A stretch of 63,062 nt of DNA, filler included, from Psammoneis japonica (taxonomy: Eukaryota), in NCBI GenBank assembly GCA_008632985.1. It is 2 parts of 2 records of this genome, joined end to end, with 100 filler letters (N's around TTAATTAATTAA, not from the genome) between each part and the next. Parts side by side here need not be neighbours in the genome. Positions count along the whole stretch, not along the records: positions 1 to 31,836 come from QPGO01000397.1; positions 31,937 to 63,062 come from QPGO01000398.1. One strand, given 5' to 3'. Within the stretch, counting starts at the first letter, position 1; every line of letters begins with the position of its first letter. A program made the translations under genes and the position numbers. The notes under the pieces were generated by a model. That model searched no databases and was not told the DNA's origin. It worked only from the letters and a program-made list of their open reading frames with translations. Positions 22,200 to 35,990 of this stretch are shown one piece after another.

Positions 22200-22325
22200 G
22201 ACACTCGTCTCACTTTCGCGATTGATATCATCTCCGCCCGACTGGACAGTTTAGATAGAGCTATTTATAAAGATGATAGCGACAGAGCAACACTACTGTT
22301 AAGACTATTCGTGTAGCAACCCAAG

Positions 22326-23360
22326 TTACATGAGCTTCTTTTTGTGAAAATATCGTTTGAGATACGCGACATAGGCGTACGCAACGGAAAGCAGTACAAT
22401 GGCTGACATCCACGAGAACAATCTCACTTTGGAATTGATGCTATCCGCGGTCTGCTTCATCCTTGACTCTCGCTTTTCCATGTATCTCATCTCGCTCAGA
22501 ATCGACTGGGCAGTGTTGATGGCTATGAGGTGCAACGCAAAATTACGCGAGCAAACGTCTTTTAAGAAGAATTATCCAAACACAACGACAGGCACTCCAA
22601 AGATTCGATAAACTTACTGGCCTTTAAGGTCTCTTCCAGCGGCGTCAAGTGCTCTTTCTTTAGCGTGTCAGAGCCCTGCTTTTTAAATTCCTCCTCTTCT
22701 GCCTCTGACACGACAACAATATCAAAAATAACTTGGGTATCTTCATCGTCATTATGATTTTCAAAGCAGATTTTAAAGCCCAGGTCCAAATCAATATTGC
22801 CTTTCTCGGCACGCTCCACATGATTGAGAACAATCGGTTTGAACCAGATAAAATCTTGCTCCTTCTCACCAGGATGACGAGGCTTTTCCACTTTGAGTGT
22901 CACGCCCGACTTTTGATTGACGTTTGCTCCCTCGAATATATCCGTGATTGCTTTTTGAACTTTTGGCGAAATGGGATCCGGTAGTTTTCTGGCAAAGACT
23001 CGTTTCGGTGTCTGGGTACGTGCTTGGACGACCTTGTCGATTTGATCCACAAAAAAGTCTTCCACAAACTCTTCCATGTGAGCCGGTATAACCATAAATA
23101 TCATGTGGGCTTCATCATTTTCTGGTATATTGAAACGAAAACACTAGAAAGCGAACAAGTATCACGAGTTGAGACTAATGCGAGTCGACGAGGGGACGCT
23201 GCACGGTGAAAATGAGCGCATTGCTTACCGTTTCTTCATAAGCTGGAACTTCTGATATAAGAGGGTAACAGGAGCATCTTTTCAACAAATATGATAATAG
23301 AAGAGTAATGGAAAGTCGTGCCGTCGGCATAAGCCGTGAACGCAACATGCTGCTCGTCAT
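22326..23360 (-). CDS. p24/emp24/gp25L (GOLD) cargo receptor, multi-exon
   Basis: Signal-peptide-like start, KICFEN, coiled coil EMRYMEKRESRMKQTADSINSKV, transmembrane helix and tail YLKRYFHKKKLM. Confidence 0.85.
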
Positions 23361-23690
23361 TTTCGATCCCGGTCCTCGCTCTCCTGCCTGCCATAGCCCA
23401 TGGCCGATTTGATAGTTTGAGTGGCACATAACCGGTTATGCGCTCGCTGGAGTTCTAACTTCTATTGCCCTTGTTGGAGGGATATTTTCGATTTCAAAAG
23501 TTCAGTTTCGCGCGCGTTTCCCATTCCCACACAAACCTTGCGTCGTGACACGCCAATCGGAAGGAAAAACGGGATCAGCCTTCCAAAGTGCAGTTCTTTC
23601 GGTCTACTGTCGCCTTTCTCCTCATTGACAGGGACGACGCATTTTGAAGCTACGGCTAGCTAGAGTAGGATATATACCGAGAAGCTCACC

Positions 23691-24443
23691 ATGGTGTTTG
23701 GAAGAAAGGAGAAGAAAGAGTCGGCTACTGAAACGACAACAACACAGGCTTCAACAACAACAGCAGATACAGAAAATAATGAGGCAGTAAAAAACACGGA
23801 AAAGATTCGGAGACAAGGTCCACTTGGGTTTCATGCCCTCGCGTTGATTGGTGGAGGTGCCATGATTGTATCCAACATTGTCAACATTTCAACAAGAGCG
23901 ATGAGTCTCGACGTTGCAGGCGTTGTGATTGCAGTGTACTGTATTCTTTTTGGATTTGTAATTGTGTTTCTCGAAGGCCCAAATATTATCTGTTCTCGAC
24001 TGAAACAAGGCATTCGCTTCTATGCCAAGTTTTTGGAGTACGTGTGGGGTCGTGGACTGCTCTACCTGTTTTGTGGGGTGTTGCAAATTGCAAACTGGAG
24101 CATTACAGATTGGATAGTAGGTGGATACATGATTTTTGTTGGCGTGACAGCCATCATGGTGGGTTTTGCCGCTGCTTCACGACTGAGAGAGCTCAAGGGT
24201 AGCATCACCAATGACAAAGACCTCAAAGCTCTATGGAAAGAGCACGATAAAAACGGAGACGGCGATCTTGATGTTCAGGAACTTCTTGCTTTCTCAAAGG
24301 CAGCTGGTGTTGAAATGACAAAGAACGAAACATCTGCAGCTTTCATGGCTCTTGACAAGAATTTTGACGAGAGATTAACATACGAGGAATTCTACGAGTG
24401 GTGGAGTGGGGGCGGTAAAATGCGTGGAATTTTGTCAGTGTAG
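23691..24443 (+). CDS. COPI-associated (Tvp15-like) membrane protein with two C-terminal EF-hands
   Basis: Hydrophobic helices with YAKFLEYVWGRGLLYLFCG; EF-hands DKNGDGDLDVQE and DKNFDERLTYEEF. Confidence 0.8.
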   Translation: MVFGRKEKKESATETTTTQASTTTADTENNEAVKNTEKIRRQGPLGFHALALIGGGAMIVSNIVNISTRAMSLDVAGVVIAVYCILFGFVIVFLEGPNIICSRLKQGIRFYAKFLEYVWGRGLLYLFCGVLQIANWSITDWIVGGYMIFVGVTAIMVGFAAASRLRELKGSITNDKDLKALWKEHDKNGDGDLDVQELLAFSKAAGVEMTKNETSAAFMALDKNFDERLTYEEFYEWWSGGGKMRGILSV

Positions 24444-24995
24444 CGGTGCTCTTGCTGTGTCTGGGATCATTCTTATTATAACGTGTAATTCATAGTCTAC
24501 ATTTTATTTCGTATCCTACCATATTCATCCTTCCACACCTTACTGTATGGCCAGCTGAGCATAATGGTTTCATTAATCTATCGTGAGTTGATAAGCTATG
24601 ATGGCGAGCGGTGATGTCGGGAGTGTGCTGGACTTGCATATATCGAGTAGAAGTAGACTTCCTAGAGTAAGAGAGAGAGAGGGCTAACAGACAACCACCA
24701 CTTAAAGGACACTACTAAAAGGAAACAGCTAAGGCGAGCGAGAAGCATAGCTACGGTACAGGCAATAATAAATACCGGTATGATCCAGAGGAATAAGGTA
24801 CAACAGCCTAATCCTGTCCACTTTTCCGATTCCCGCTTTTCGCTGTCGTTCTCGCATCACTCATGCACCGCAGGGCAGCGTGCACTCTCGCATCTCGCAT
24901 CTATCGTATCTCGCATCTCGCATCTCTCATTCGTTGTTCAACTTTTGTTCGTATTGAAATGACGTTCCTATGGCTTTGTTGTTCTCATTATCATT

Positions 24996-27900
24996 ATGAA
25001 AGATCAAACATCAGAATATGAACATCTCTTTGGTCGTGAGAAAGAAAAGTGTAGACTTCACGAGGCCTACGAGCGGTGCTGTTTCGCACCTCCGCATCAC
25101 AAAGAGCTTGTCTTGATCTGCGGCAAATCTGGAACCGGAAAGTCGGCACTAGCCCAGTCGGTACGATCATTCGAAAACTGCAGATTCCTTTCAGGGAAGT
25201 TTGACCAGCACTGTCGATCAGAACCTCTCTCTGCTTTTGTGGGTGCTTTCTCAGAATGGACTTGTAGCACTCCCCAGCCAGGCGTCGGAACCATGAAACT
25301 CGATCCGATTTTGGTTGATGTCATACCAGCACTTGGAGATGCTTCGACGACAAAAGCACCACAAAGAAAATCTTTGTCAAGGCCTAGCAATGTCAACATG
25401 AGTCTCGCCCAGAAACAGCGCTTCTTGGCCGCCTTTTCCGAATACGTTCAGAGTATATGTAGCGAGCAGCACCCACTCGTACTGTTTTTGGATGACTTAC
25501 AGTGGGCCGACAAGGGGAGTTTGGAGTTACTTTCGTTTTTAGCTTGTAGCTCAATAAGGGGATTCATGTTGCTAGGTGCGTGTCGTGGGAATGAGGTGGC
25601 AATCGATGATCCGCTTGCGGTCACATTTCGTGACATGGAAGAGAAGGGCGTGAAGATCACGAATATTTCGTTGTACAACTTTTCAGAAGACGAGGTCCAA
25701 AACATGTTGGTGGAATACTATCCCTCACCCAATGGTGATTTGAGCATGGTTTCAAAATCTGTTTATAACCAGACAGAAGGAAACGTATTCTACATTGTAC
25801 GCCTCGTCAAGCTGTACCAGGAGCAGGGTGTTCTGAGTAAGCTGGCCAATAGCGAAGAAGCTATAAAGGATTCCTGGCAATGGGATTTAGAGCTGATCCC
25901 GAATCTGAAGCAGAATATATCGGACGTAATGAGAGAAGTACTGCAAGAATTACCAAAGAATGTTCAAATTGTTTTGCAGTGTGCTGCGAGCTTGGGCGCG
26001 GTGTTCCTCGTGTCACACCTTGAGTTGGTTCTGGACGATTCTTCACACGACATTCGGGCGCCTTTCAGATTGGCTTTCAAAAGGAAATCATAACTTATTC
26101 ATCAACCAAGTGCAAGTTTACCCATGATCGACTGCAAGAAGCTGCATACAAATTAATTCCCGTGGATGAGAGGGCCAGAATTCATGCGTTAATTGGACTT
26201 GCGCTGCTGAGGAAGCTGCCAGAGGATGAGCTGGATGACTTTCTGTTTCTGGTTGTGAACCAGCTAGGATCTGGAATGAATGAGATTAAGGACTCTGAAG
26301 ACCTAGCTCGTTTAGCAGAGCTATGCCTCCGTGCGGGGGAGAAGGCGGCGGCCTCTTCAGCCTTTAGTACAGCGTCAGAGTGTTTTGATCTCGGAATAAA
26401 ATGTCTTGATCCACATCCAAAACTACGGCGAACCCATTACGCCTTTGAGCCTCGCACTTCTTTTGACCGCCGCTGCCGAAGTGGAGTATTGCAACGGGCG
26501 ATTTGACAAGATGAGCACCCACGTTGACGAGGTTTTTGAGAATGCCCGATGCTTTGAAGACAAGATACAGTCCTACTCCACTCACGTTTTTAGTCTTGGC
26601 GCACAGCAGAAATTTTCAGAGGCAATCGACGTTGCGTTCTATGTTTTAGGAGAACTAGGCGAGCCCTTCCCATCCCGAGCGGGAAAGTTGCGTGTGGTGG
26701 TAGATCTAATAAAAACGAAGCGCATGCTGCGAAAGACATCTCCGGATGACATTTTGAAGCTTCCAATCATGACAAATACTACTCATTTAGCGGTGATGCG
26801 AATGATGAACTTGGTTTATCTGTACGTTTTCTTCACGAGACAAGCCTACATTCCTTTACTATCAACACGTTTTGTACAAGCGACTTTGAAGTACGGTTTG
26901 AGTGGAATGGGCAGCTCGGGGTTTGGTATGTACGGGATGCTGTTATGCGGTGTACTCGGTGAGATCGATGAAGGATACAAGTACTGTCAGGTGGCGCTAC
27001 AGATAATGGATAAATTTCAGGCCAAGGCATACACTGCGCGAGTCTACGTTCCGGTATGGGGTATGGTGACTCCTTGGAAGAGACCTGTTCGAGAGTGTTT
27101 GGAAAAGTTAAAGGATGCTCATCGGGCAGGGTTTGAATCTGGCGATATTGAGGTGAGTCGACTCTACTGTAGATATGGCACAGATACTCCTCCTTCCTTG
27201 TCAAGATTTCAACTAACGCGCTGCTTGTAGTTTGCATCTCTCAGTGCCATGCTTTACTCGTTCATGTCGTTTTTCGCTGGAGTTTCACTTGCGACCCTTG
27301 TCGAGGAGATGCGTGCGTTTCTGAAAGAAATGAAGGTTCACAGTCAGACTGCGATTCTTTCACTGCTGCTGCCCGCAGCACAATTGGTGGACGGTCTCAT
27401 GGGTAATAGCAACGATCCTTGTGTTTTGACTGGAGAGTTTATGAACGAAGACAGACTATTGCAGCAACTGCAAGGCAGCAAGAGCTCGGCAGCGGTCGTT
27501 ACTCTTCATATGCGTCGACTTGTCGGTGCCTACATTATGAATAACTTCCATTTGGCATTCGAGTGCGCTGAAAAGTGCAAGAGCATCAACAAGGAAATTG
27601 TATCGTCGCTCTCCAACTCGGTGCAAGCATTTTACGATGGCTTGACGTGTCTCGCACTGGCACGACAGACAACGATTCGAAAACAAGAACGCCGGCGTCA
27701 CGTGTCTCGAGCACGCCGTAGCCTGAAGAAACTGGTGCAATGGGAAAAGAAGGCTCCAAGCAACTTTTCCAACAAGGTTCTTCTTTTGGAAGCGGAGATT
27801 GCAAGTGTCACAGGAGACACCATGAGAGCACGAGCCAAGTATACGCTTTCCATTGAACTTGCCGAAAAGGAAGGTTTTTTCGTGTGACCACGGTATTGCC

Positions 27901-28085
27901 TGTGAGCGAATGGCAGATGCTTTGAGGTCAGCGGTGACCAAGGCTCTAGCAGTCTAGAATTCTTTAGAAAGGCACGGGCCATCTATCATGAATGGGGCGC
28001 TGCTGCCAAGGTGATGCAATTAGATGGCATTTTGGGTGGGTCAATCTCCAAGAATGGGATCACTTCATCTTCAAGAGGTGACTAA
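24996..28085 (+). pseudogene. AAA_16/STAND-type ATPase with TPR-like helical C-terminus, with several frameshifts (pseudogene or assembly indels)
   Basis: Walker A GKSGTGKS, Walker B LFLDDLQWAD, TEGNVFY, FTHDRLQEAAY, YHEWGAAAKV; frame breaks near 26090, 26410, 27880 and 27930; intron at about 27153-27230. Confidence 0.7.
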
Positions 28086-28904
28086 AGTATGTTCGTGCTC
28101 TTGATCCAAACGATGCAGGGCATCAATGCTACCTAGCTCAACATGCACACCAGCACACCGTTCGGCATTGCAAATGGGGCATACTGTAGGTGCTAGGCGA
28201 CAAGGAAGTCGCTGCAATAACCCTTTCAGTTCTTCGTGAATGGCAGATTCGTTCACAACAACTCCATTTTGTGAGCACATTGCTCTCCCGTGTCAATACT
28301 GCTATTGATATATGTTCGTTACTTGGCTACATATTCGGGCGTTGCCACGAACTGTTCTTAATGAATTATATTCAAAAATGTAAATAATTTTATTTATATT
28401 AATCTCTACACCTTTCATATTGACCAATGCTATCTAAATCTGATATCGCCTTCATTCATTAAAATGTTCATCAGGGCTGGATAATGGACAATTGTATTTA
28501 TCTCATCCAGTATCTAATAATCGTATTAGACTCTCTGTTACGCGGCAAGACTCCATCCAGAACTTTCCTGCGTAGAAAATGTACCAGGTTTCCGAAGCAC
28601 GCACGTCCGGTATTTTGTCCACCGTCGCCGCACAGCAACGCATCAGTGCGAATGGCCATGGTCGCGGCAGAGTGGATTGGAACAAAAAGAAGACCGAACG
28701 TTTCCATCGTACCCTTGCTCTGAAAGCCTCAGGTCCATAGGAGGAGTGGTACTATTCATCAGTGAAACCGACAATCGATTCGAGAAAGTTTCAAGCCTAA
28801 ACACACCGAAACTACCGAACAATATTTTCAGAAAAAGTTGCATCTAGTCTTGCGTGTGCATACCGGTATTGGAGTCTCCACATTTTTAGTCCACGAAATC
28901 AGCC

Positions 28905-31836
28905 ATGAGAGGAATCTTTAGCAGCTCCCCAAGTCGCAGCTCATCCAAGCGACAACAACAGAGCGAGGCGCCTCCCAGTCCAGCACGACGGTCCTTTGCC
29001 TTTATGAAGTACAGTCCAGGACGAAAAAACAACTCTGCCTCCATGAGACGGATACGAGAACGTACCGGTCAGATTGCTCAACAGATTGAAACACCCGATA
29101 TGATGCAACGAAAAGAATTACCGGTACCACAGGACCGACCTGTCAACAAAATTCCGTTGAAACCTCCAGCACAGAACCGAAAAAAGGTGGCGCTCGACAT
29201 GTTTATGGAACAACAACAGCAGGACGGTACCGCCAGTGTGGGTTCCGAAGCATCCTCGCGATCCCCTTCGGCTGCGGCTGCACGACGCTTGGCTCGATCC
29301 AAGGCGAAATACAATAGCAGCACGGATCGTACTGTCAATAGCATGCCCACCTTTCCATCCAACTCGTCCATGCAACGGAGTTTTGCTCAGAAACAACAAC
29401 AACAGCATTCTAGCTCGAGCAGGAGTATTGGCAGCAGTAGTAGTGCGGCGGCTCGACGGAGAATGAGAAATAAAAGTAGAGGATTGCCGCCGCCTCCTCC
29501 AGTGGAGACGACTCCTTCTGATTTTTATGCTGAATTGAAAAATGATGAGTCCCCAAACACCAGCAACAACGTGGACGACTCTTCTTCTCAAAAGAGTTTC
29601 GATGTCGCTGCAAACGTTTCTCACGGCTTTAGTTTTGACGCCTTTGGGTTGGATGCCGATGAAGTGGACAGTGAAGTGAATGCGGCGATTCAGGATTTGG
29701 CAGGATCGCATCCAGCCTTTTCGAGAATGTTTGATGGGTTCCCTCCTTCCACGACGGATTCTCCAGCCGGCAGTTGCAGTGCCAGCACTCCCACGTTGGA
29801 TGTCGATAGTGTGGATGGCTTCAAGTCGCTACCCATGAATATTGCAAAGCCCAGTCCAGAAAGTTCGGAACGATCGACATTGACGAGCAGTTCTCCGGCG
29901 GATGATCAAGGAAGCGGCAGAATAAATATGTTTAAGCAGCAAGCGGGCTTTCACACGAGTAAACAAGCAACGAAACCTGATTTACAGATGGCTTCAGACG
30001 GGTGGGAGTCGTTTGCACCATCACCATCGAATTCGCGGTATGCCCAATCTGAACCTGGCACGTCGACAAACTTTTTCACGAGCGCCTGGCCACAATCGGC
30101 TAGTCGAGCTCCGCAATTACCCAATTTGTTCAGCGAGTCGTCGGATAAAGGTTCGGATGACGGATTCTCGCAGTCCTCATGGCAGGGTGACTCGGATGGC
30201 GAGCTGTCTCCCGAGGCAGCCGCAACAATTGAACCAATCGCAAGCCGGCGACGATGGGTTTTCTGTTTCCACCCCCGTGAATCAAGGGTTTGCAACAACT
30301 TCCATTTCGGATGGCTTTGCGACTGACGGAAATGATGGTTTTGGTTTCTTTAAAGTCAACGAAAAGACCTCTCCAGCGAATTTTACATTTTCAAACGTCA
30401 ACACGCCTTCGTCTGCTGCGGATTTTGGATTTTCGGATGCCGGTGCACCATCGTCTGCCGCTGATTTTGCGTTTTCGGATGCGGGCGCACCATCTTCTGC
30501 CGCTGGCTTTACCTTTTCTGAAGCCGGTGCCCCGTCCTCTGCGGCAGGTTTTGCCTTTTCGAATGCCGGCGCTCCTTCATCTGTAAGTGGTGCGCCTCGA
30601 TCGGAAGCAGGTGCATCCTCGGCCTTGGGAGTTCCTTCGGATGTCGGTGTTGCAATGGAATTTGGTTCGGATATTGGAATCGCATCGGATATGGGCGTAA
30701 AGAGTGACTTTGGCGGCGTATCCATTCCGGATGAAATTGTTGGAAAGAAAAAGTCGAAATCCAAAAAGAACGAAGACAATTCAGTTGGCATGAGCACAAT
30801 GGAAGGAGGGGCAGACACGTTCAGAGCGAGTACCGCGGCTACCAGTGCGAGTCCAGAGATGTCGGAAAACTTTCCTGTTCAAAAGGTTTCGAGCTTGGCA
30901 GCTAGGTGGGAAAAGAAGGAAAGAAAAACTGAACCCGCTCCAATTCCAAGTACGAAAAAGAAGTGGCGCCCACCGCTGACTCCTGGTAATGATCATGCTG
31001 TCGAGGAGAGCATACCCAAGACAAAACCAGCTCATGTTGAATCCACTCGAAGCTCTCCCAGTCCTACCCGAGGAACCGGTGTCTGAATTAGATACCAAGC
31101 GGCAACAATTTAATGATATACGAAATGGGGAGATTGTTGGGCCTGAGATTCTTAATAAAGTCAAAACCGAGAAAAATAACCGAACAGCAGAAACGTGCAG
31201 ATGAGTGCGCCGCCCAGCGAACGTCGTTTGGAAGCTACAAGGAGAGGCTGAAGCCAGCGCATTTGAGAAAAGACCCGTCGTCTGCCAAGTCAGAAGTTGG
31301 CGTTTCGGGTATTTCGGGACGTTCCGATATGAATTCGTTGCTGAACAAGTATGAGCATAATCAGTCAAGTGGTCCATCTTTTCGGGAGACGAAGTCAGAC
31401 GTCGGTACATCGTCAGGCTTTCTTTCTTCGGTGAAGCTGCGGAACACGGGTGGTATTTCTAAACTTGTTGCAGGTAGCGAAAGCGTCTTGGAAGGTTCAC
31501 GCGAAACTCCGACCGAGCTTGACCGCGAGGAACCTCAAGAAATGGACAACAGTGTGCAGCAACCAGAGCCAAAGAAGCTTACATATCGGGAGCGCAGAGA
31601 GCTAGAGCTGATGCAGCAACAGGAACAGGAAGCTGCAGATCGAGAACTCCAGTCTTTTGCAGCGCCTTCAAAGCCAAAGCTAACATATCGACAACAGAGG
31701 GAACTAGAGTTGAAGAAGCAACGAGACGAGCAAGAGAAGAAGGAAGCCGAAGACAAGGCCAACAACAGCCGAGAGCGTGACGTTGCTTCGCTAATTCGAC
31801 GACGCGTTGCTATGAACAAGAAGAAATCCTCGGATG
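28905..31836 (+). CDS. Large Ser-rich low-complexity protein, frameshifted near 30230 and 31080, truncated by the gap
   Basis: Three consecutive + ORFs of similar composition; internal repeats AGAPSSAADF and KLTYRxxRELEL; runs into Ns. Confidence 0.55.
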
Positions 31837-31936
31837 NNNNNNNNNNNNNNNNNNNNNNNNNNNNNNNNNNNNNNNNNNNNTTAATTAATTAANNNNNNNN
31901 NNNNNNNNNNNNNNNNNNNNNNNNNNNNNNNNNNNN
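31837..31936. other. Artificial contig-join spacer
   Basis: 44 N + TTAATTAATTAA (stops in all six frames) + 44 N = 100 bp. Confidence 0.97.
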
Positions 31937-32901
31937 GCTGGGCAAAGGTGCAGCGGCACTTTAAAACCAGAGTTTGGTTTTTCAAACGGGGAGCAGGGAA
32001 GAGCAACTGCCACAGTCCCGCAGCTGGTGCCCCGCGGCAATGTCGGACTGCATCATGCCATTCTGGGAGGCACTCCAATTCTCACACGGCAGGGTGAGGG
32101 AATCTACGAAAGATTTCCAGGGCACCAGGAGTGAGAAAGAGAACAAGAAGGCGATCCTGCTTGGGGCAGTTTGCTCCATGTTGCCAATGATGACAACGGA
32201 GCTGGTCGAAAAGCACGGTTGGGGGGAAGACAAAAAGCTCACCCATCTCCACCACAACATGATCAGGGGGAAATGCCGCCGATTGAAAATGTTCGAATCC
32301 GTCGGAATGGCGCTGCATCCCAGGAGCAAGGTGCCAGTGACACTTGGCGGCAAAGAGTTCTATGACAGAAGGACGCAGCCCGCTTTGGCAGCGTTCATGC
32401 ACGACACAATCTCCAAAACGGCTGCGGACCCGTCGTTGAGGTTGGAGTCAGAGGGAGAGCAGACATTGCTGGCGCTGCACAGGAAAACATCCGAGGGCAA
32501 ACTCGCGATGCCAAACATCCTTGAACAGCTGCGCCTTTTGGCAGAGGATGACATGCCCACATGTTTTGGGGCAGGGCACATGATGGAAGGAGGGCTGCGA
32601 CATGAGCACCACGGATGTTCTTTGTCAAATTGCCGTGCAGATTGGTTGCGCAGAGAGAAAAACAATGTGGAAGGTCCTCCGCCAATTGCACCTGGTGGAA
32701 GACACTGAATCCGACAACGAAGACATGCACCACATTTTCGACAAAACATGACGTGCCATTCAGATGGCAGCCAGAAATGACAGCAACTCCGACTCCGACT
32801 TGTCATCATGTCGCAGATGCGACAAAGAAACGAGTGGTGGATGTGATGGCCGACCAACCATTCAAACGGCAAGCTGTGACAAAGAAACGAACAATGGATG
32901 C

Positions 32902-33165
32902 GAAGACTGACCAACCAGAAACAGGCAAAGGGCAAAGAGAGTCAATGCACTCAGTGACACCGACAACGACCAAGGCTGCAGTTCAGGGACATCGGATTCT
33001 CGCGGTGAGTCGGATGCCAACAACGCGGAGGAAGACCGACCAACCAGAAACAGGCAAAGGGCAAAGAGAGTCAATGCACTCAGTGACACCAACAATGACC
33101 AAGGCTGCAGTTCGGGAACATCGGATTCTCACGGTGAATCGGATGCCGACAACACGGAGGAAGAT
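32902..33165 (+). repeat. 129-bp tandem duplication (2 copies)
   Basis: gaagac(t/c)gaccaaccagaaacaggcaaagggc starts at 32902 and 33031. Confidence 0.9.
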
Positions 33166-34160
33166 TCACACACACGCAGAGATGGATGTGTGGAGATGCA
33201 GCACGTTTCCGGACACAGGGCAAAAAAGCAGAAATGCCAAGGAGACCCTCTCCACTCTTGGTCAGAGGACGACAGCAACAATGACAGGAGCAACGAAGGA
33301 GGCAGCACTGACGAAGCATCGGAGGACAATAGCTTCCACACATTGCACCACTTTAGACGGAAGGACAGTGGAGACATGCAATCAGGGCAGCAGCAACACA
33401 AAGGGAACATTGCACGCTCATCATCGGAGGATGAAAACAGCAGCTGCAGACGTGACAAGCTTCATTCCATGGGAGAGCATGGCAGGATGAGTTGTCTAAC
33501 TCAGAAAGAGAACAAAGGGCATGACACGGAGGGGGGGACGGAGCAAGAGGAGAGTGCGGTTTGTGGTGACAGTGATTCTCAAAACAGCTCCATTTGCAAA
33601 AATGGCACTCCGCACGGTTTGCAAAGGACAAGAATGATGGAGTGGGAAAAATTGTCAGTTGCAAAATCACACACAGTGGATCTGTTCGTGCACTCACAAA
33701 TGTGTCGTGGCCAAAATCCGCCAAAAAAAAACGCAAACCATTTCGCCACAAAACAAGCAGTTCGTGAAGTTGCTTGGAAGACATTCGCTTTCGTTGACAA
33801 GCGGTGATTGTCGAAATTGACAGTCGACACACACCGTCCTGCTGCGAAGCAGAAGAAACTGAGCGGCCATGGCGGCTGACGCTTGCAACCCAAAAAATCG
33901 GGAGATTTCTTGTGTGGGTGAATTCACGCAGAAAGCATGCCGGGAAGATCTGATTTCCTAAAACAGTGCTGATTTGGCCCACGCAGTTCTACACGATGAT
34001 TCTCTCAGAGGCGGCAGCAGAGAGAAGTGCGCTGAGTGCAGTGGTCTGCATGGGAGGGAGGTTTGCGCAGGGAAAATGTGTGATGGAATTGCAGGGTTGC
34101 TGTGCGTGCCGTGCTGTGTGATGTGATTCGAGCGTCTGTCTGTCGAGGCAGGTCACGACA

Positions 34161-34485
34161 TTGCAAAGCCGCAGATTTTTCTTGCAGGGTGAAGAAATTT
34201 ACGATTCGAACGTCTGTCCTTCAAGGTGGGTCATGGCGTTGCAAAGCCGTAGATTTTTCTTGCAGGGTGAAGAAATTTACGGTGGGTCAGGATCGCGGGG
34301 GGGGGGGGGGGCAGACCGTGGAAGTCCAGCCGTCCATCCGTGGTTGAAAAGGCACCATGTGGTTCGCACGGCGACTCGCTCGATTCATCACTCCCAGCAT
34401 CTGACCCCCCCTTCCCTCACCTCGTGGAGACGGACGGGCACACCGCAGAAGTTGCAGCATTGCAAAGCCGCAGAATTTTCTCGTG
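34161..34485 (+). repeat. Short direct repeats (ttgcaaagccgYaga...), 3 copies, with a poly-G tract
   Basis: Copies at about 34161, 34239 and 34460. Confidence 0.8.
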
Positions 34486-35319
34486 GATTGAAGTTGTGAG
34501 GATTGTGCATCGTGCACCATCAGCACCAAAAAAGTGACGGATTCACAGCTCCAAAACGTCGAGCCTTTCAGAGGAGATGGCAAACAACCGTCCCAGCCTA
34601 AAAGACACATCCATTGACAATGGGTGCCTGCCGGGAGAATGGAGGCTGGTTGATTCTTCCATCTCAGTGCCTTGCAAAGAATTGTTCGAGCATCACGTCA
34701 ACGACAAAGGATCGGACAAATGCAACAAGCGGCGAGGATTTCTTTTTGTCGTCGAAACGCACGAGGCGCACACATCCCACAGGGGCAATAAAATGAGAGT
34801 CAAGGGAGTCAAGGAGTCATTGGGTAAGATTCTGGATGGAGATCCACCAGACAAAGAGCACACAGAGGAGCACACCCTGACCACTGCTCTGTGGTCTTTG
34901 CACTGCAAACAGAATGGCCTGGATTCTCTCGCCAGGACGACGAGAAATTGCACGGGCTTGATCTGGGTGGCACGCAGCATCCACAAAGTAACACATGAAC
35001 AGCTGATTCCTCTGTTGAAGCATGATTCATTTGAGCTCAAGGAAGTGTGCCAGACAGATTTTGCGGGGATGCCACCTGCTTCGTTTTTCGAGGGGAACAG
35101 CGCCACAGACGAGATTCACCAGGCATTCCTGGACAAGGCAAGGCATTTCGAAAGGAAAGAAACCATGGAAAAGAGGGAAAAAAAAAAAGAAAAGGAAAAA
35201 GAAGAGGAGGAAAAGGAGACAGAAAGGAAGGAAAACAGAAAGAAAAAGAAGGAAAGGAAAAGAAAAGACAAAAAACACTCACTTGGAGAGATGTTTGCAC
35301 CATCACGAATGGAGGGATG

Positions 35320-35990
35320 TGGTGGCTGACACCAAAGGGCGATGGCCCGTGCTTTTGTTTCGGGAATGAAAAGGCATCACATCGTGCACAGGAACTTTTT
35401 GTTGCTTGCCTCAAGAAATTCTTGACAACAGAGTGTGGAGCTGAAGAATCGTGTGAACCCAGCTTCGCCAATGCGTTTCTCCATGCAGCCCCGGATGCCA
35501 GGGTTGGGCTGGATCCAACAGTGCAAAAACCGCATGTAGACTGCTCTCACTGCACACTCAATCGCTGTCACAAAAAAAAATGCAATCCTTCTGCACAGTT
35601 GCGACATGGGGCTGGGCATGGGTGGCTTGAAACTGAACCACTGTGGTGTGCATGGAAGCACGCCAGAGAGTTTGAAGCTTTGCCAGGTGCCGCTTGAGGT
35701 GTCGGCAAAGCACAAATCTGTGTTGGTGTGGCGTGGTGACAGCGTTCATGGTGGTGGTCTCACTGACGTGGTTGGTGGGCCGGGCTTCCGCTGCCATGCA
35801 TGCACAGCGCTGTGCAACAAACACGCGATTGCGAGGGGTGCCGAGACGCCGAGGATCGAAACATGCCTGTGATCCAACAGGAACATCCAATTTCATGGTG
35901 TCATGCGCCAAGCTGATGGCGACCCTTTCCCCGCTTGACAAAATTGCCACACCCCGAGTGCGGAATCCGAAGGACCTGTTGTGAACTTTC
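35320..35990 (+). pseudogene. 2OG-Fe(II) dioxygenase-like (DSBH) relic
   Basis: QKPHVD (HxD), then after a frameshift VLVWRGDSVHGGG...GFRCHAC. Confidence 0.45.

Noticed and set aside
24886..24930. (TCGCATC)n short repeat upstream of the AAA gene
   Set aside because: Only a few degenerate units; no evidence of function.
31837..31936. TTAATTAATTAA palindrome and the apparent gene/heterochromatin boundary
   Set aside because: Artificial six-frame-stop spacer between Ns; adjacency of the two halves is not established.
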